Below the pieces are notes generated by a model. It made no database searches, was not told where the DNA came from, and worked only from the letters and a program-made list of their open reading frames with translations. 64,000 nucleotides of DNA, taken from assembly GCA_964036045.1 (NCBI GenBank), contig OZ038378.1, positions 3,534,001 through 3,598,000 on the forward strand. The letters are read 5' to 3'. Positions 13,401 through 29,113 of the stretch are shown one piece after another; the stretch's first letter is position 1; each line of letters begins with the position of its first letter. The translations under genes and the position numbers were made by a program. The stretch comes from Eutreptiella sp. 'Long Island Sound 2002' (lineage: Eukaryota; Protista; Euglenida).

Positions 13401-16400
13401 ACGGATCACATTCAGTCATTCGAGACTGCTCAGATGTCGAGGGAGGTGGGCGGAAAAGGGATGGCCGACTCAAGGAGAGGGGCGGGGTCGTTTCCAGCCG
13501 GATTCCGTGTCACGTGTCCGTTCATCTGTTGACACCATCGCTCTCTACACGACCCCAGCTCAACATGCAAAGCGCCGTAGGGACATGCCACTCTTCTACG
13601 GTGGTGAAGAAGGAGGGACACCGTGCCCTGGGAAGTCGCAGAGCCCCAGGTCGACTCCCCCCAGTGGGGAGGAAGCAATGGCGTGTAAGGTGCCCTGCTA
13701 CCACTCAACGCAGCAGTTCCATCCACGTGCATGCCATCCGAGGGGGTAGTGGTGCACAGTCTATCTACCCAATTCTGGCAGGCCTAACGCCGATTTCGCA
13801 TGTCGCCGCAGAGGTCAAACAGCAATGTGCCACGTCAGCACCCTGTCCTCTTTCCTGCCATCCTTCTCACCTGTCCTTTGTGGGGCTCGGGGGGCTGGGG
13901 CGTAGGACCAGCATGTGAAGCCCTGTTGTCCAGACTATCCGTGTGGCAGCAATCTGTTTCGCCTCCCCGCGGGCCCCACGAATTGGGAAAAGGTGACGAA
14001 AACAATTGGTCGAATCAGCGCGACGAGGAGGTGCGGCAAAGTCCTGATTTTCCTCGTGTTTGCTATGTTTTTGGCATCCTCAGAAGATCCTCAGAAGAAA
14101 GCGTAGCCACGGGAGAGGGGGTGGGCTGGGGGTCTCACAGGGTGCACCAATGAAGCCAACCTCCAAAAACCGGGAAAACGTACTTCTGAAGAGTGGAACC
14201 CTTGGCAGGAGAGGGACCACACTACTATCAATAACAACTACTCCTGGAGTGGCGAGAGGCCGATCGGCGCCACCAACTGTCAACAGAGCCATCCGAAACC
14301 TGTGGCTTGTTGACCCTACTCTTCCTCTGGTGCGTCCCCTTTCTAGGCGTCAAAACCCCCTACCTCCCCAGCTTCTAGGTCTTCTGAAAACCATAGTTTG
14401 GTCACACCAAGGAATTTGGTTCGGCGCGTCCAGTGCCAACCTGAACAGAATTTTGTGTGGCAGTTGGTTGCCTCTGGGTGTCCATGGGTGTCCACCAAGG
14501 GAGTGGAAAGCGTAGGTCCAGTGCGAAAAAAAGCGTAAACCACGTACTTGTTGTTTGGGCAGAAATCACATGCACTTTTTTGTTTTTGCCGTAAGTCACG
14601 TGTGGAAAAAAAATAAAACTTCCTTTTCAGGCGTAAATCGCATGCACTTTTTTGGGGAGGTGTAGGTCGTGTGTGGAGAAACCCCTTTTTCGGAGAAAAA
14701 AGAGAACACCAAGAACAAGCACATGAACCATCCAACAAGCGCCGTTGCTACCGGAGGAGGTGAAACTTGGCCCCCAGACGTCAGAGCCCAAGCCTTCTGC
14801 ACCTGAAGTGCTCTAAGTACTTGATCAGGTTGTCCATGTTCGTCATTGCCCGGCGCACGCAGTCGCCAATGCTTTTGCATGTTGACACAAAGCCAGGGGT
14901 GACTATGGCCAGGGGCACGCCCACGGCAGTCCCATAGTCGGGCGTAGTGAGACGCCCTGAATGGTTCATTGCAGGAGCTAGGAGCTGCAGAGGAGAGAAA
15001 AGGAACATGCACAACCATAGACGCCGTCTGGCAACACCAACTCTGTACTGGGCAAGCGAAACAGATGCGGCAGGGGCGTGCGTAAGGCCCACGCTGCCTT
15101 GCACAAGGGGAGGGTGTGGGAGGAAACACCAGCTTTGGTGCAGGCGGTCGGCAGAGCCGTGGGCAGAAACGAGGCTACCGGGACATGCCATAGTGCAACT
15201 GGATGGCGATGGACACGCTGCAGAACAGGGTGCGCAAACAAGACATGCCACTGATGCCGCAAAATGTGTGTTGGGTGGTGATCCTTTTTTTATGAGATTT
15301 CTGCAAGAAGCCCTCCAAGCTCATAGCCCCCACCCCAAATGTTCACAACCCCCACCAAAATTCATAATTCCAACACGTTCATAACCCTGCTGTCAATGAA
15401 ACCCCCATTTTACTCCCTACCTCATATTCATAACCGACCCCAATGCCCATCCCCCCCTCCCAGTGGTGCAAAGCACACGTCAAAGAGAAATGCTCTGCAG
15501 TAACATGGGCGCCTTATGACTGCAGTGGACAGGCAAAAATAAGGGATCGGGTGCGGATGCGCTACAACTAGGTCCTATGCACAAAATTGTGGCTGATCAG
15601 AAACAACATAAAACCTCAACACCAATCTGGATGAAGTGTCAGCGTGTACAGACCCCCCATGCCAAGGGCCAAAGGCCACCCCTCACGCGCCCCCCCCTCC
15701 CCAAGTTGGACATGCACCGCCCCGTGTGGTGCCGAAGGCCCTCAATATGTGGGAATATGCACATTTTGCCCCAAATGCCACTCCATTCACCCGTGCACCA
15801 CACCAGTTAGCCATGGACCATGGGAATAGCAGTCTGCAGTCTGTAGACACCGTCTGCCCCAAGGAGACAGGGTCTGCTGATGTAGACACTGCTGACATTG
15901 TGTAGACGCAAAGTGCCAGTATCTGGGAAGGACGCCGAAGGCCCCTTTTCCCCAAAACAGCACCCGGTGTAGTGACGCATGGCGGCACCCCAATGTCACT
16001 ATCACCAAGAGGTTGACCCCTAACACAGCCTCACCTGCGTCTCACCAAGGAGGGATCTAGCCGCGCCGCACGCACCGCGCATCGCACCGCGCGGTCAATG
16101 TCGTTTCGTTTTTTCAGGAATTTTCAGGTTGGCAGGGACGCGGTGGCCTAAGGGGTACGCATACAACAACGAAGGCCTCCACTCTACCTCCTCACCAATG
16201 CAATGGTGGTTGTAGCTGCCCACACCCCCTGCCGAGGGAGGCTGTAGGTTGATGATGAGAGGGGAAAGACGCACTCTTTGGCACGGCCGTCACACCAAAG
16301 AGGCATGTACCTTGCGGGGTGCCCAAACCCGCAAGGTGCCGTTTCGTCCGTTTCGCGTTTTGAATCGCTACCATGTGGGGGCCCAGTCCAACAAGGCCCG

Positions 16401-16423
16401 TATTGTGTTTCGCCACACCACCT
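10432..16423 (-). repeat. Right arm of the inverted duplication (reverse complement of 1-5991)
   Basis: Starts immediately after the N gap with the reverse complement of about 5940-5991 and matches back to base 1. Confidence 0.97.
11433..13356 (-). CDS. Second (inverted) copy of the ART-domain exons; its ARM exon is not in the assembled sequence
   Basis: ORF 12099..12812 translates identically to 3611..4324, with the same intron positions. Confidence 0.85.
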
Positions 16424-16619
16424 CATGGAGCGCCCTATCCCGCAGCCACGGCAGACGGGCTCACCGGGGGGGGTTGGCAGGGCCGGTGAGGTGCTGAAAA
16501 AAGCACAAGGGGAGGATAAAACGGTGCCATGTGAAAAAGCGACAAAAACAATGCCCAAGGTTAACCACACTGCGCACTGCACTGTGTATCGCACCGCGCG
16601 CACCGCGCGGCTAGATCCC
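16052..16619. mobile_element. Putative ~570-bp non-autonomous TIR element (partial mirror at 1-371)
   Basis: 14-bp inverted termini GGGATCTAGCCGCG...CGCGGCTAGATCCC with GCACCGCGC-type subterminal repeats. No TSD could be identified. Confidence 0.5.
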
Positions 16620-17924
16620 CACCCGGTAAGGGTCTGGGTTGGGCGCGCGACCGCCCCTCCCCGTTTTCTACCCAACGGATGCAAAGAAAAGAGGTTTCGG
16701 GGCCCCACTGCACCAAATTGGAAATAATGAGATTTATAATTGGCTTTTGCGGAGAACCAGAAGAACCTATTTTCTGGTCAGACAGTGCGTCTTGGGGCAT
16801 CCATACATGGTTCAAATGGGGCTTTTTCTTTGAAATAGAGATTCCCCGTATCCCATATCGAAATGAAAGGGTGGTGTCTTTTGGGCTTTCTTGGTAGCAA
16901 GATTCTCTCAAGATCGCGCAAGATCACTCAAGATCAAGATGCCCCAAACATGGACATGCACACATGGGCTGGGTAGAGTGCTAGGTACATAAAAGACGGG
17001 TTAGCGTGTGCATATGAGTGAGAATGTCGTGAATACACAAGGGACATGGGGTGCATACCTTCAGCACAACATGGTGTGCATACATGGGGGGCAGTGTGTG
17101 CAGACATGGGGGAGTGTGGGTGCAGATATGTGGACAGGTCACAGCCTTTGTTTTCTTTTTTTAACTCGTGACCGAAGTTCCACCAAGTGTCCATCAAGAG
17201 TACACGCAGCAGGTCAAGGGTCAATGACAGGGCCGGTTTCGGGTGTGGGTGTAGTGGAACCTACCCTTCCCTACGCCTGCTATGGCGGGGTGGCGCTGCG
17301 CCTTGCCCCACCCTTGTCGCCCCGCGGACAGGTCACAGCCCCATAGAAGTTTGAATGCTGAATCAAAATGACACAAACACCACACTTGCTGATTCTATGA
17401 GCCGTTTCAATGTTTGGAACGGTTTGTGGTGCATGCACTGCGTGGTGGGACTCATAACTTCGGAAGACTGGGTATTTGGTGCAGATCGTGGTGCGAATGA
17501 GTACCGTACGTAAGCTCAACCCTCGTCTTAGTTCAACTATCTCCAGTCAACATCAATGTGTAACGGGAATGCACTTTGAAAAAGGCCGATGCGCATGCTG
17601 GACAACACGTGGCCCGTGAAAATGGGGTGGTTGGGCTGGTTCACTGCCCGAGCACCAACAGCTTTGCATCACACAACTGGCAAGATCGGGTATGAAACTC
17701 GTCACGGAGCAGGCCCACACCGTGGCAACCGAGGCAGCAGCGTTTTCTTGCATGTTGTTGGGAGTCTGTTTACGGCACATGCATACGCTTCCCTCATGGA
17801 TCGCAGGCTGAGTGTGAACGGCAATGAGGTGGACAAGGAGAGGAATCGGAAATTCCGCGGGTGCATGTGCACAGAAGTGGAAGGCCTTCCACCGTTCTAG
17901 CTCTATGGGAAACAGTTCCACATG

Positions 17925-17964
<40 letters not shown>

Positions 17965-18139
17965 TCCATGAGAGCTTCAGCCCCCCCCCCCCCCCCCTGT
18001 TTGCCCCCCCCCCCTGGGGACCCCCTCCCCCCCCCCCCCCCCCCCTCCGGACCCCCCGGCCGGGGGCCGACCCCAATATGCAAGAATATGCACATTTTAC
18101 ACCGAATGCTACTCCGTTTACCTGTATACCCCTTCCGTA

Positions 18140-18575
18140 CCTGGGCCAACTAGGCTGCCGCACGCTGCAAGCTCGAGCCCAAACACGTGGGCACCAAAAT
18201 GGGTCAACAGGGTCCACCGGGGGCAAAAAAACAACTTTTCCCAAAAATGATCCTGGACCACATGGGATGCCAAAACAAGTGGTTTTAGCCCGTTTTGAGC
18301 CCGTGGTGGTCCCTTTTGGGCCCCCTTAAATGCCAAAATGCCTTGAAAATGGGCCGTTTTGGGACCAAAAACTGGTCAAAAATGGGTCAAAAACGCGTTT
18401 TTCCAAAATTGATCCCGGAGCATTTGGGGTGCACAAACAAGTGAAATGAGCCCATTTTGAGCCACTTTAGCCCATCTAGCCACATTAATGCCCGAATTCG
18501 TACACTTGTGGCGTACCCTAGAGCCGTGCTCTGGAGCCGCCTAGAGTAGGGGGGAGGGGTGTAGATTAGAGGATA
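18140..18575 (+). mobile_element. Family-A element, right-hand fragment
   Basis: Shares the internal ~162-bp unit and the right end GGGGAGGGGTGTAGATTAGAGGAT with the full copies. Confidence 0.75.
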
Positions 18576-18580
18576 TGTTA

Positions 18581-19782
18581 CTACACCCCTCTCCCCTTAA
18601 ATCTAGCTAGCAAGCAAGCAACAACAACAAGCAACAACAACAACCACTTTTCCTTTCCGTTTCGGCCATTACTCCGTCTTAACGCTTCGGGCTGTACTCT
18701 ACTCTAGCCATCTTCTACATTGACACGTGCCCTTCCCAAATCCAAAGTTTGAGCCCCCAACTCACCGGTTGCGGCCCGGGGCGGTGGTGCCAAGTCGGCA
18801 GGTGCCTTCCCAAATCTGTGCTATTTTTGGCCAAAAAACAGCCATTTTTTGCCCAAAACAGCCCCAAAAAGCGTTCAAAACAGCCAAACGAAGGGAAACG
18901 GCCGCTACACTGCACGTGCGGCTCGACTTCCCCGTGTCAAAGAGCCCTTTGGTGCGCTCTAACTCCGCGATATGTCCGAGAAACGGCCCAAAAAGGCGCC
19001 AAAAAGCCCTCAAAATCTGCACAATGTGCAGCAACAGCCCGAAACAAAGAACGGGCCGTATCTTGGGCTATGTGGCTCAAAACCCGATTCCGAGGGGACC
19101 TAGTCCACCCGCAACCCCCCACTTTTTGTGGTTTCCACCCCCCGAAATGGCCCTAACGGACACTTAGACCCCCCTACTGGTGCGCACCATGCTGCGGCCA
19201 GCTGCAAGCTCGAGCCAAAACCGATGGGTGCCAAAATGGGTCCACGGGGTCCACCGGGGCCAAAAAATTGGCCGTTTTCAAAGTTGCTCCTAGACCACGT
19301 GGGATGCCAAAACAAGTGGTTTTAGCCCGTTTTGAGCCACTGGTGGCCCGTTTTGGCCCTCCGAAAATGCCAAAATGCCTTGAAAATGGGTGCTTCTGGG
19401 GAAGAAAACGGGTCAAAAAGGGGTCAAAAACGCGTTTTTCCAAAAATGATATTCGACCATTTGGGGTGCACAAACAAGTGAAATGAGGTCATTTTGGGTC
19501 CGTTTTGACCCCGATTGGCCCATCCAAAGTACAAAAAGGCCTAAAAACGGGCCAATTTGGTGCCGAAAGTTGGACAAAAAGGGGTCCAACATGCGTTTTC
19601 CCAAAAATGGTCCCGTGCCATTTGGGATGCACATGGGTGTGAGTTGAGCCCATTTCCCCCCCGTTTTGACCCTGGTTGCCCCATCTAGCCACCTCCAACA
19701 GCCAAGTGGCATCCTTATGCGGTATCCTAGAGCTGTGACTTGGAGCCACGTGGAGTTGGGGAGAGGGGTGTATATTACGGGA
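18581..19782 (+). mobile_element. Family-A (TA)n-associated non-autonomous element, full copy
   Basis: Left end CTACACCCCTCTCCCCTTAAAT followed by a (CAAG)/(CAA) microsatellite. Inverted GGGAGAGGGGTGTA lies near the right end, followed by (TA)n. Confidence 0.85.
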
Positions 19783-19826
<44 letters not shown>

Positions 19827-19829
<3 letters not shown>

Positions 19830-20893
19830 TCTAATCTACACCCCTCTCCCCAACTCTAGGTGGTTCCGCGTCACGGCTCTAGCACACGGCACCCCCATTT
19901 TTGGCCCCAAAACGGCCCATTTCCAAGGGTTTTTGGGCTTTGGATGCGCCGAACGGGGTCAAAGTTGGCCCAAAATGGGCTCATATGACTTGTTTGTGCA
20001 TGCCAAATGGTCCAGTATCATTTTTTGGAAAAACGCGTTTTTGACCCATTTTTGACCCGTTTTGCGTCCCAAAAGGGCCCCTTTTCAAGGCATTTTGGCA
20101 TTTTCGGAGGGCTAAAAAGGGCCACCGGTGGCTCAAAACAGGCTAAAACCACTTGTTTTGGCATCCCACGTGGTCTAGGAGCAACTTTGGTAACGGCCAT
20201 TTTTTTGCCCCGAGTGGACCCGATGGACCCATTTTGGCACCCACCGGTTTGGGTTGCAACTTGTCGCTTGCCGCAGCACAACGGGCTCTGTTATAGGGGT
20301 CTAGGCGCCCGTTTGCGCGATTTTGAGGGGTGGAAACGACAAAAAGTGGGGGGTTGCGGGTGGACTAGGTGCCCTCAAGATCGCGTTTTGAGCCACGTAG
20401 CCCAAGATATGCCCCGTTCTTGGTTTCGGGCTGGGTGCGGCCAATTTGCGCAAATTCTGGGGCTTTTTGTCGCCTTTTGGGGGCATTTCTCGGACATATC
20501 ATGGAGTTACAGGGCACCAAAGGGCTCTTGGACACGAGGAAGTCAACCCGCACGTGGAGTGTAGCAGCCGTTTCCCTTCCTTTGGCAGTTTTGAATGGGT
20601 TCTGGGGCTGTTTTGGGCCAAAAAAGGCAGTTTGGGGTCAGGAATTGGCGCAGATTTGAGAGCGCACCTCCCGACTTGGCGCCACTGCCCCGGGCTGCCA
20701 CCGGTGAGTTGGAGGCTCAAAATTTGGATTTGGGAAGGGCATGTGTCAAGGCAAAAGATGGCTAGAGTAGAGGAGAGCCCGAAGCGTTGGGACGGACTAA
20801 TGGCCGAAACGGAAAGGAGAAGTGCTTGTTGTTGCTTGTTGCTTGTTGCTTGCTTGCTTGTTGCTAGCTAGATTTAAGGGGAGAGGGGTGTAG
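19827..20893 (-). mobile_element. Family-A element, full copy, inverted
   Basis: Same termini in reverse orientation, flanked by (TA)n at 19783-19826 and 20894-21117. Confidence 0.85.
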
Positions 20894-23440
<2,547 letters not shown>

Positions 23441-23674
23441 CAACGCACCTCCCGACTTGGCGCCACTGCCCCGGGCCGCCACCGGTGAGTTGGAGGCTCA
23501 AAATTTGGATTTGGGAAGGGCATGTGTCAATGCAAAAGAAGGCTAGAGTAGAGGAGAGCCCGAAGCGTTGGGACGGAGTAATGGCCGAAATGGAAAGGAG
23601 AAGTGTTTGTTGTTGCTTGTTGCTTGTTGCTTGCTTGCTTGTTGCTAGCTAGATTTAAGGGGAGAGGGGTGTAG
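23441..23674 (-). mobile_element. Family-A left-end fragment, head-to-head with the next copy
   Basis: Nearly identical to about 20660-20893. Confidence 0.8.
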
Positions 23675-23690
23675 TAATATATATATATTA

Positions 23691-24725
23691 CTACACCCCT
23701 CTCCCCTTAAATTTAGCTAACAACAAGCAAGCAAGCAACAAGCAACAACAACAACACTTCTCCGTGCGGTTTTGGCCATTGCCCCGTCCCAACGCCTCGG
23801 ATCTTTTGCCCATGTAGCCATCTTGGAGCCTAGGTGGTGGCCTTGCCAAATCCAAGTTTTGAGCCAAAAACTCACCGGTGGCGGCCCGGGGCGGTGGCGC
23901 CAAGTCGGGAGGTGCCCTCCCAAATCTGCGCAGTTTTGGGCCAAAAACAGCCATTTTTCGCCCAAAACAGCCCTAGTAAGGGTTCAAAACAGCCAAACGA
24001 AGGCAAACGGCTGCTACACTCCACGTGCGGCTTGACTTTCTCGTGACCAAGGGACCTTTGGTACCCTCTAACTCCAAAATATGTCCGAGAAACGGCCCAA
24101 AAAGGCGCCAAAAAGCCCCAAAAACTGCGCAATGTGCACCAGCACCCCGAAACCAAGAACGGGCCGTATCTTGGGCTACGTGGCTCAAAAACGAATTCCG
24201 AGGGCACCTAGTCCACCCACAACCCCCCACTTTTTATGGTTTCCAAGCCTCAGAATTGCCCAACGATCCACGTAGACCCCCGTACCAGTGGTCACTTGGT
24301 GCATCCGGAGGGCCGGCCAGCCCACGCACAGTGGGGGCCAAAGGTGGGTCCACCAGGCTCCCCGGGGCGAAAAAAATGATTTTTTCCAAAGTTGTTCCTA
24401 GACCACTTGGGATGCTCAAACAAGTGTTTTTAGGCCGTTTTGAGCCCGTGGTGGCGCGTTTTGGGCCATGGAAAATCGCAAAATACCTTGAAAATGGGCC
24501 GTTTTGGGACCAAACATGCGTCAAAAATGGGTCAAAAAGGCGTTTTTCCAAACATGATCTTGGACCATTTATGATGCTCAAACAAGTGTTTTTGGCCCGT
24601 TTTGAGCCCGTTTTGACCGAGTTTAGCCCCTTCCACCACATGTATGCACCACTTTGTGCCCTTCGCACGTACCTTAGAGCCGGGTGGTGGAGCCACGTAG
24701 AGTTGGGAGAGGGGTGTAGATTGGA

Positions 24726-24729
<4 letters not shown>
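23691..24729 (+). mobile_element. Family-A element, full copy
   Basis: TA|CTACACCCCTCTCCCC ... GGGAGAGGGGTGTAGATTGGAGGAT|ATATA. A further left-end fragment lies at about 24772-24907. Confidence 0.85.
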
Positions 24730-24773
<44 letters not shown>

Positions 24774-24905
24774 CAACAACAACAACAACAAGCACTTCTC
24801 CGTGCCGTTTTGGCCATTGCCCCGTCCCAACGCCTCGGATCTTTTGCCCATGTAGCCATCTTGGAGCCTAGGTAGTGGCCTTGCCAAATCCAAGTTTTGA
24901 GCCAG

Positions 24906-25085
<180 letters not shown>

Positions 25086-26279
25086 CTACACCCCTCTCCC
25101 CTTAAATCTAGCTAACAAGCAAGCAAGCAAGCAACAACAACAACAACACGTCTCCTTGCCGTTTTGGCCATTGCTCCGTCCCAACGCTTTGGATCATTTG
25201 CCCATGTAAGCATCTTGGAGCCTAGGTGGTGGCCTTGCCAAATCCAAGTTTGGAGCCAAAAACTCACCGGTGGCGGCCCGGGGCGGTGGCGCCAAGTCGG
25301 GAGGTGCCCTGCCAAATCTGCGCAGTTTTGGGCCAAAAACAGCCATTTTTCGCCCAAAACAGCCCTAGTAAGGCTTCAAAACAACCAAACGAAGGCAAAC
25401 GGCTGCTAAACTTCACGTGCGGCTTGACTTTGTCGTGACCAAGGGACCTTTGGTGCCCTCTAACTCCAAAATATGTCTGAGAAACGGCCCAAAAAGGCGC
25501 CAAGAAGCCCCAAAAACTGCGCAATGTGCACCAGCACCCCGAAACCAAGAACGGGCCGTATCTTGGGCTACGTGGCTCAAAAACGAATTCCGAGGGCACC
25601 TAGTCCACCCGCAACCCCCCACTTTTTGTGGTTTCGAAGCCTCAAACTCGCCCAACGAGACACGTAAACCCCCGTACCAGTGGTCACTTGGTGCAGCCGG
25701 AGGGCCGGCCAGCCCACGCACAGTGGGGGCCAACGGTGGGTCCACGAGGGGCCCCAGGGCGAAAAAAATGATTTTTTCCAAAGTTGTTCCTAGACCACTT
25801 GGAATGCTCAAACAAGTGTTTTTAGGCCGTTTTGAGCCCGTGGTGGCGCGTTTTGGCCCATGGAAAATCCCAAAATGCCTTGAAAATGGGCCGTTTTGGG
25901 ACCAACAATGGGTCAAAAATGAGTCAAAAAGGCGTTTTTCCAAAAGTGATCTTGGACCATTTATGATGCTCAAACAAGTGGTTTGAGCCCATTTTGAGCC
26001 CGTGGCGACTAGTTTTGGCTCATGGAAAATCCCAAAATGCCTTGAAAATGGGCCATTTTGGGACCAAAAATGGGTCAAAAATGGGTCAAAAACGCGTTTT
26101 TCCAAAAGTGATCCCGGACCATCTGGGATGCTCAAACAAGTGTTTTTAGCCCATGTTCAGCCCCTTTTGACCGAGTTTAGCCCCTTCCACCACATGTATG
26201 CACCACTTTGTGCCCTTCGCACGTAACTTAGAGCCGTGTGGTGGAGCCACCTAGAGTTGAGAGAGGGGTGTAGATTGGA

Positions 26280-26283
<4 letters not shown>
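25086..26283 (+). mobile_element. Family-A element, full copy with an extra internal ~162-bp unit
   Basis: Same termini. Internal unit starts at about 25772, 25933 and 26095. Confidence 0.85.
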
Positions 26284-26317
<34 letters not shown>

Positions 26318-26320
26318 TGT

Positions 26321-26403
<83 letters not shown>

Positions 26404-26409
26404 GTAACA

Positions 26410-26445
<36 letters not shown>

Positions 26446-26449
<4 letters not shown>

Positions 26450-27036
26450 AATACGCAATCCCCCCCCCCCACCCTGGACCCTAGTGTGCGACGTGGGTCA
26501 GGACTAGGGACCCCTCCCCCCTATTTTGAGGTCGGGAAACACAAAAAAATTGGTTTCGGGCTCGGATGGGACAGTGGGAGGGCTGTAGACAGGGTTTTTG
26601 GGCTAAAAATAGGGTATGACATCACTGCTGGTTGCATCCTAACCAGAGTACTAAAAATAACCACTAAATCCTAAAAAGAACCCACACCACCCCTATATAC
26701 ACCCAATGACATGGTAATTCAGCATTTTTAACACTCCCCTGTCCATTTTCATGTCCTATGATACTATTATTGGTGGGATTTGGTGCTAGTATTAGTGGTT
26801 TGGACCACAATTGTACCTATGTTTAGTACTCTGGTTAGGATCCTACCGGCAGTGATGTCATACCCTAATTTTAGCCATTTTAGACCTTTATAGGGGCAAA
26901 CACCCACTAATAACCATCCATTTCACTTCTAAAACATGTTTTTTTGTGTTTCCCGACCCCAAAATAGGGGGGGGGTACCTAACCTTGCCCCATAGTGCAC
27001 CGGTTGGCCCAGGGGGGGGGGAATTGCGTATTTGCC
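26446..27036. mobile_element. Fold-back MITE inserted in (TA)n
   Basis: TIR GGCAAATACGCAAT(T)CCCCCCCC at both ends. Further inverted blocks at ~26511-26560 vs ~26935-26978 and ~26612-26655 vs ~26822-26868. Flanked by AT repeats. Confidence 0.85.
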
Positions 27037-27110
<74 letters not shown>

Positions 27111-27112
<2 letters not shown>

Positions 27113-28229
27113 GTACGTGCGAAGGGCACAAAGTGGTGCATACATGTGCTGGAAGGGGCTAAACTCGGTCAAAACGGGCTGAAAACGGGCTGAAAACACT
27201 TGTTTGATTATCCCAAATGGTCCGGGATCACTTTTGGAAAAACGCGTTTTTGACCCATTTTTGACCCATTTTTGGCCCCAAAATGGCCCATTTTCAAGGC
27301 ATTTTGGGATTTTCAATGAGCCAAAACCCGTCGCCACGGGCTCAAAATGGGCTAAAACCACTTGTTTGAGCATCATAAATGGTCCAAGATCATGTTTGGA
27401 AAAACGCATTTTTGACCCATTTTTGACGCATTGTTGGTCCCAAAACGGCCCATTTTCAAGGCATTTTGGGATTTTCCATGGCCCAAAACGCGCCACCACG
27501 GGCTCAAAACGGCCTAAAACCACTTGTTTGAGCATCCCAAGTGGCCTAGGAACAACTTTGGAAAAAATTATTTTTTTCGCCCTGGGGACCGTGGTGGACC
27601 CACCGTTGGCCCCCACTATGCGTGGGCTGGCCGGCCCTCCGGCTGCACCAAGTGACCACTGGTACGAGGGTCTAGGTGGCTCGTTGGGCAGTTCTGAGGC
27701 TTGGAAACCATAAAAAGTGGGGGGTTGCGGGTGGACTAGGTGCCCTCGGAATTCGTTTTTGAACCACGTAGCCCAAGATACGGCCCGTTCTTGGTTTTGG
27801 GGTGCTGGTGCACATTGCGCAGTTTTTGGCGCCTTTTTGGGCCATTTTTCGGACATATCGTGGAGTTAGAGGGAACCAAAGGTCCCTTGGTCACGAGAAA
27901 GTCAAGCCGCACGTGGAGTGTAGCAGCCGTTTGCCTTCGTTTGGCTGTTTTGAACCCTTACTAGGGCTGTTTTGGGCGAAAAATGGCTGTTTTTGGCCCA
28001 AAACTGCGCAGATTTGGGAGGGCACCTCCCGACTTGGCGCCCACGCCCCGGGCCGCCACCGGTGAGTTTTTGGCTCAAAACTTGGATTTGGCAAGGCCAC
28101 CACCTAGGCTCCAAGATGGCTACATGGGCAAAAGATCCGAAGCGTTGGGACGGAGCAATGGCCAAAACGGCATGGAGACGTGCTTGTTGCTTGTTGTTGT
28201 TAGCTAAATTTAAGGGGAGAGGGGTGTAG
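27111..28229 (-). mobile_element. Family-A element, inverted, right terminus replaced by (TA)n
   Basis: Ends GGGGAGAGGGGTGTAG at 28229, with internal sequence close to the copies at 23691 and 25086. Confidence 0.85.
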
Positions 28230-29113
28230 TCACTAGGGTGCAAAATGGCACCTTGACATGGCCAAAATGGGTCAAAATTTTGCTCGAAATGGGCTCAATT
28301 CACCTGTGTTTTGTTTTTTGGTTTATTGTGTGTTTTTTTGGTTTTTTGGTGTGGTTTTTTGGCTTGTTATCAAGTGCTCGTGGCAACATAATGAATGGAA
28401 AGGAAATTGTGAAATATTTCGGCCCACAACCGCCAGCATGAGGCAGAAACAACTGGAAGATGCAAGAAGAAGAGTTTATTGTAATCACACACAAGTTGCG
28501 ACTGTCAATGGTTGCCACAGTTTCTTCTTTTTTTTCCACCACTATTGTTACCATTAGTCAGAGTCTTCGAAGCCAACTAAGTGCGAATTGGTACCAACTG
28601 GAAGTGTGAATCAATGCGAACTGGTATCCGTCAAAGCACAAGGGATACCACCAGCGTGTGCATTCGTAAATGCCAGGACCCATGTTGATGCCCTATGCTC
28701 GATTGGCAGGGTGCAGTTTCTTCGAACTACGTACAACACAACTTTACCAAGACATAATGCGGGCACTACAAAATCGGTAATGTCTAACTACAAAAAAAAA
28801 AATAGAAAGCTCATTCCATGACGTATTTTGTCCTCCTATCATCCCCCCACATGGGGATAGATGTGATCACATGTGATGGCCGTGGTCCACCAAAACCGAA
28901 GAAGGGTTGATGAAATCACTTGCTACCCTCGGGTCCTCATCGATTAGTGTAAAACTGCAACTTGTTTCTGTGCAAGTGGAAACAACCCCCCCCCCCCTCC
29001 CCTCCCCAACATGGGCATGACGCCTCATGTCCGCATACAGCAGAAAGAATTGAGATGGGGCACTTGTACTTGTACCGGTTCGTATATAGAATAGAAACAA
29101 GCGAGCCGGGAGC

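Noticed and set aside
16900-16942. Five closely spaced CAAGAT hexamers as a regulatory array
   Set aside because: No gene start can be tied to them, and a short degenerate repeat explains them equally well.
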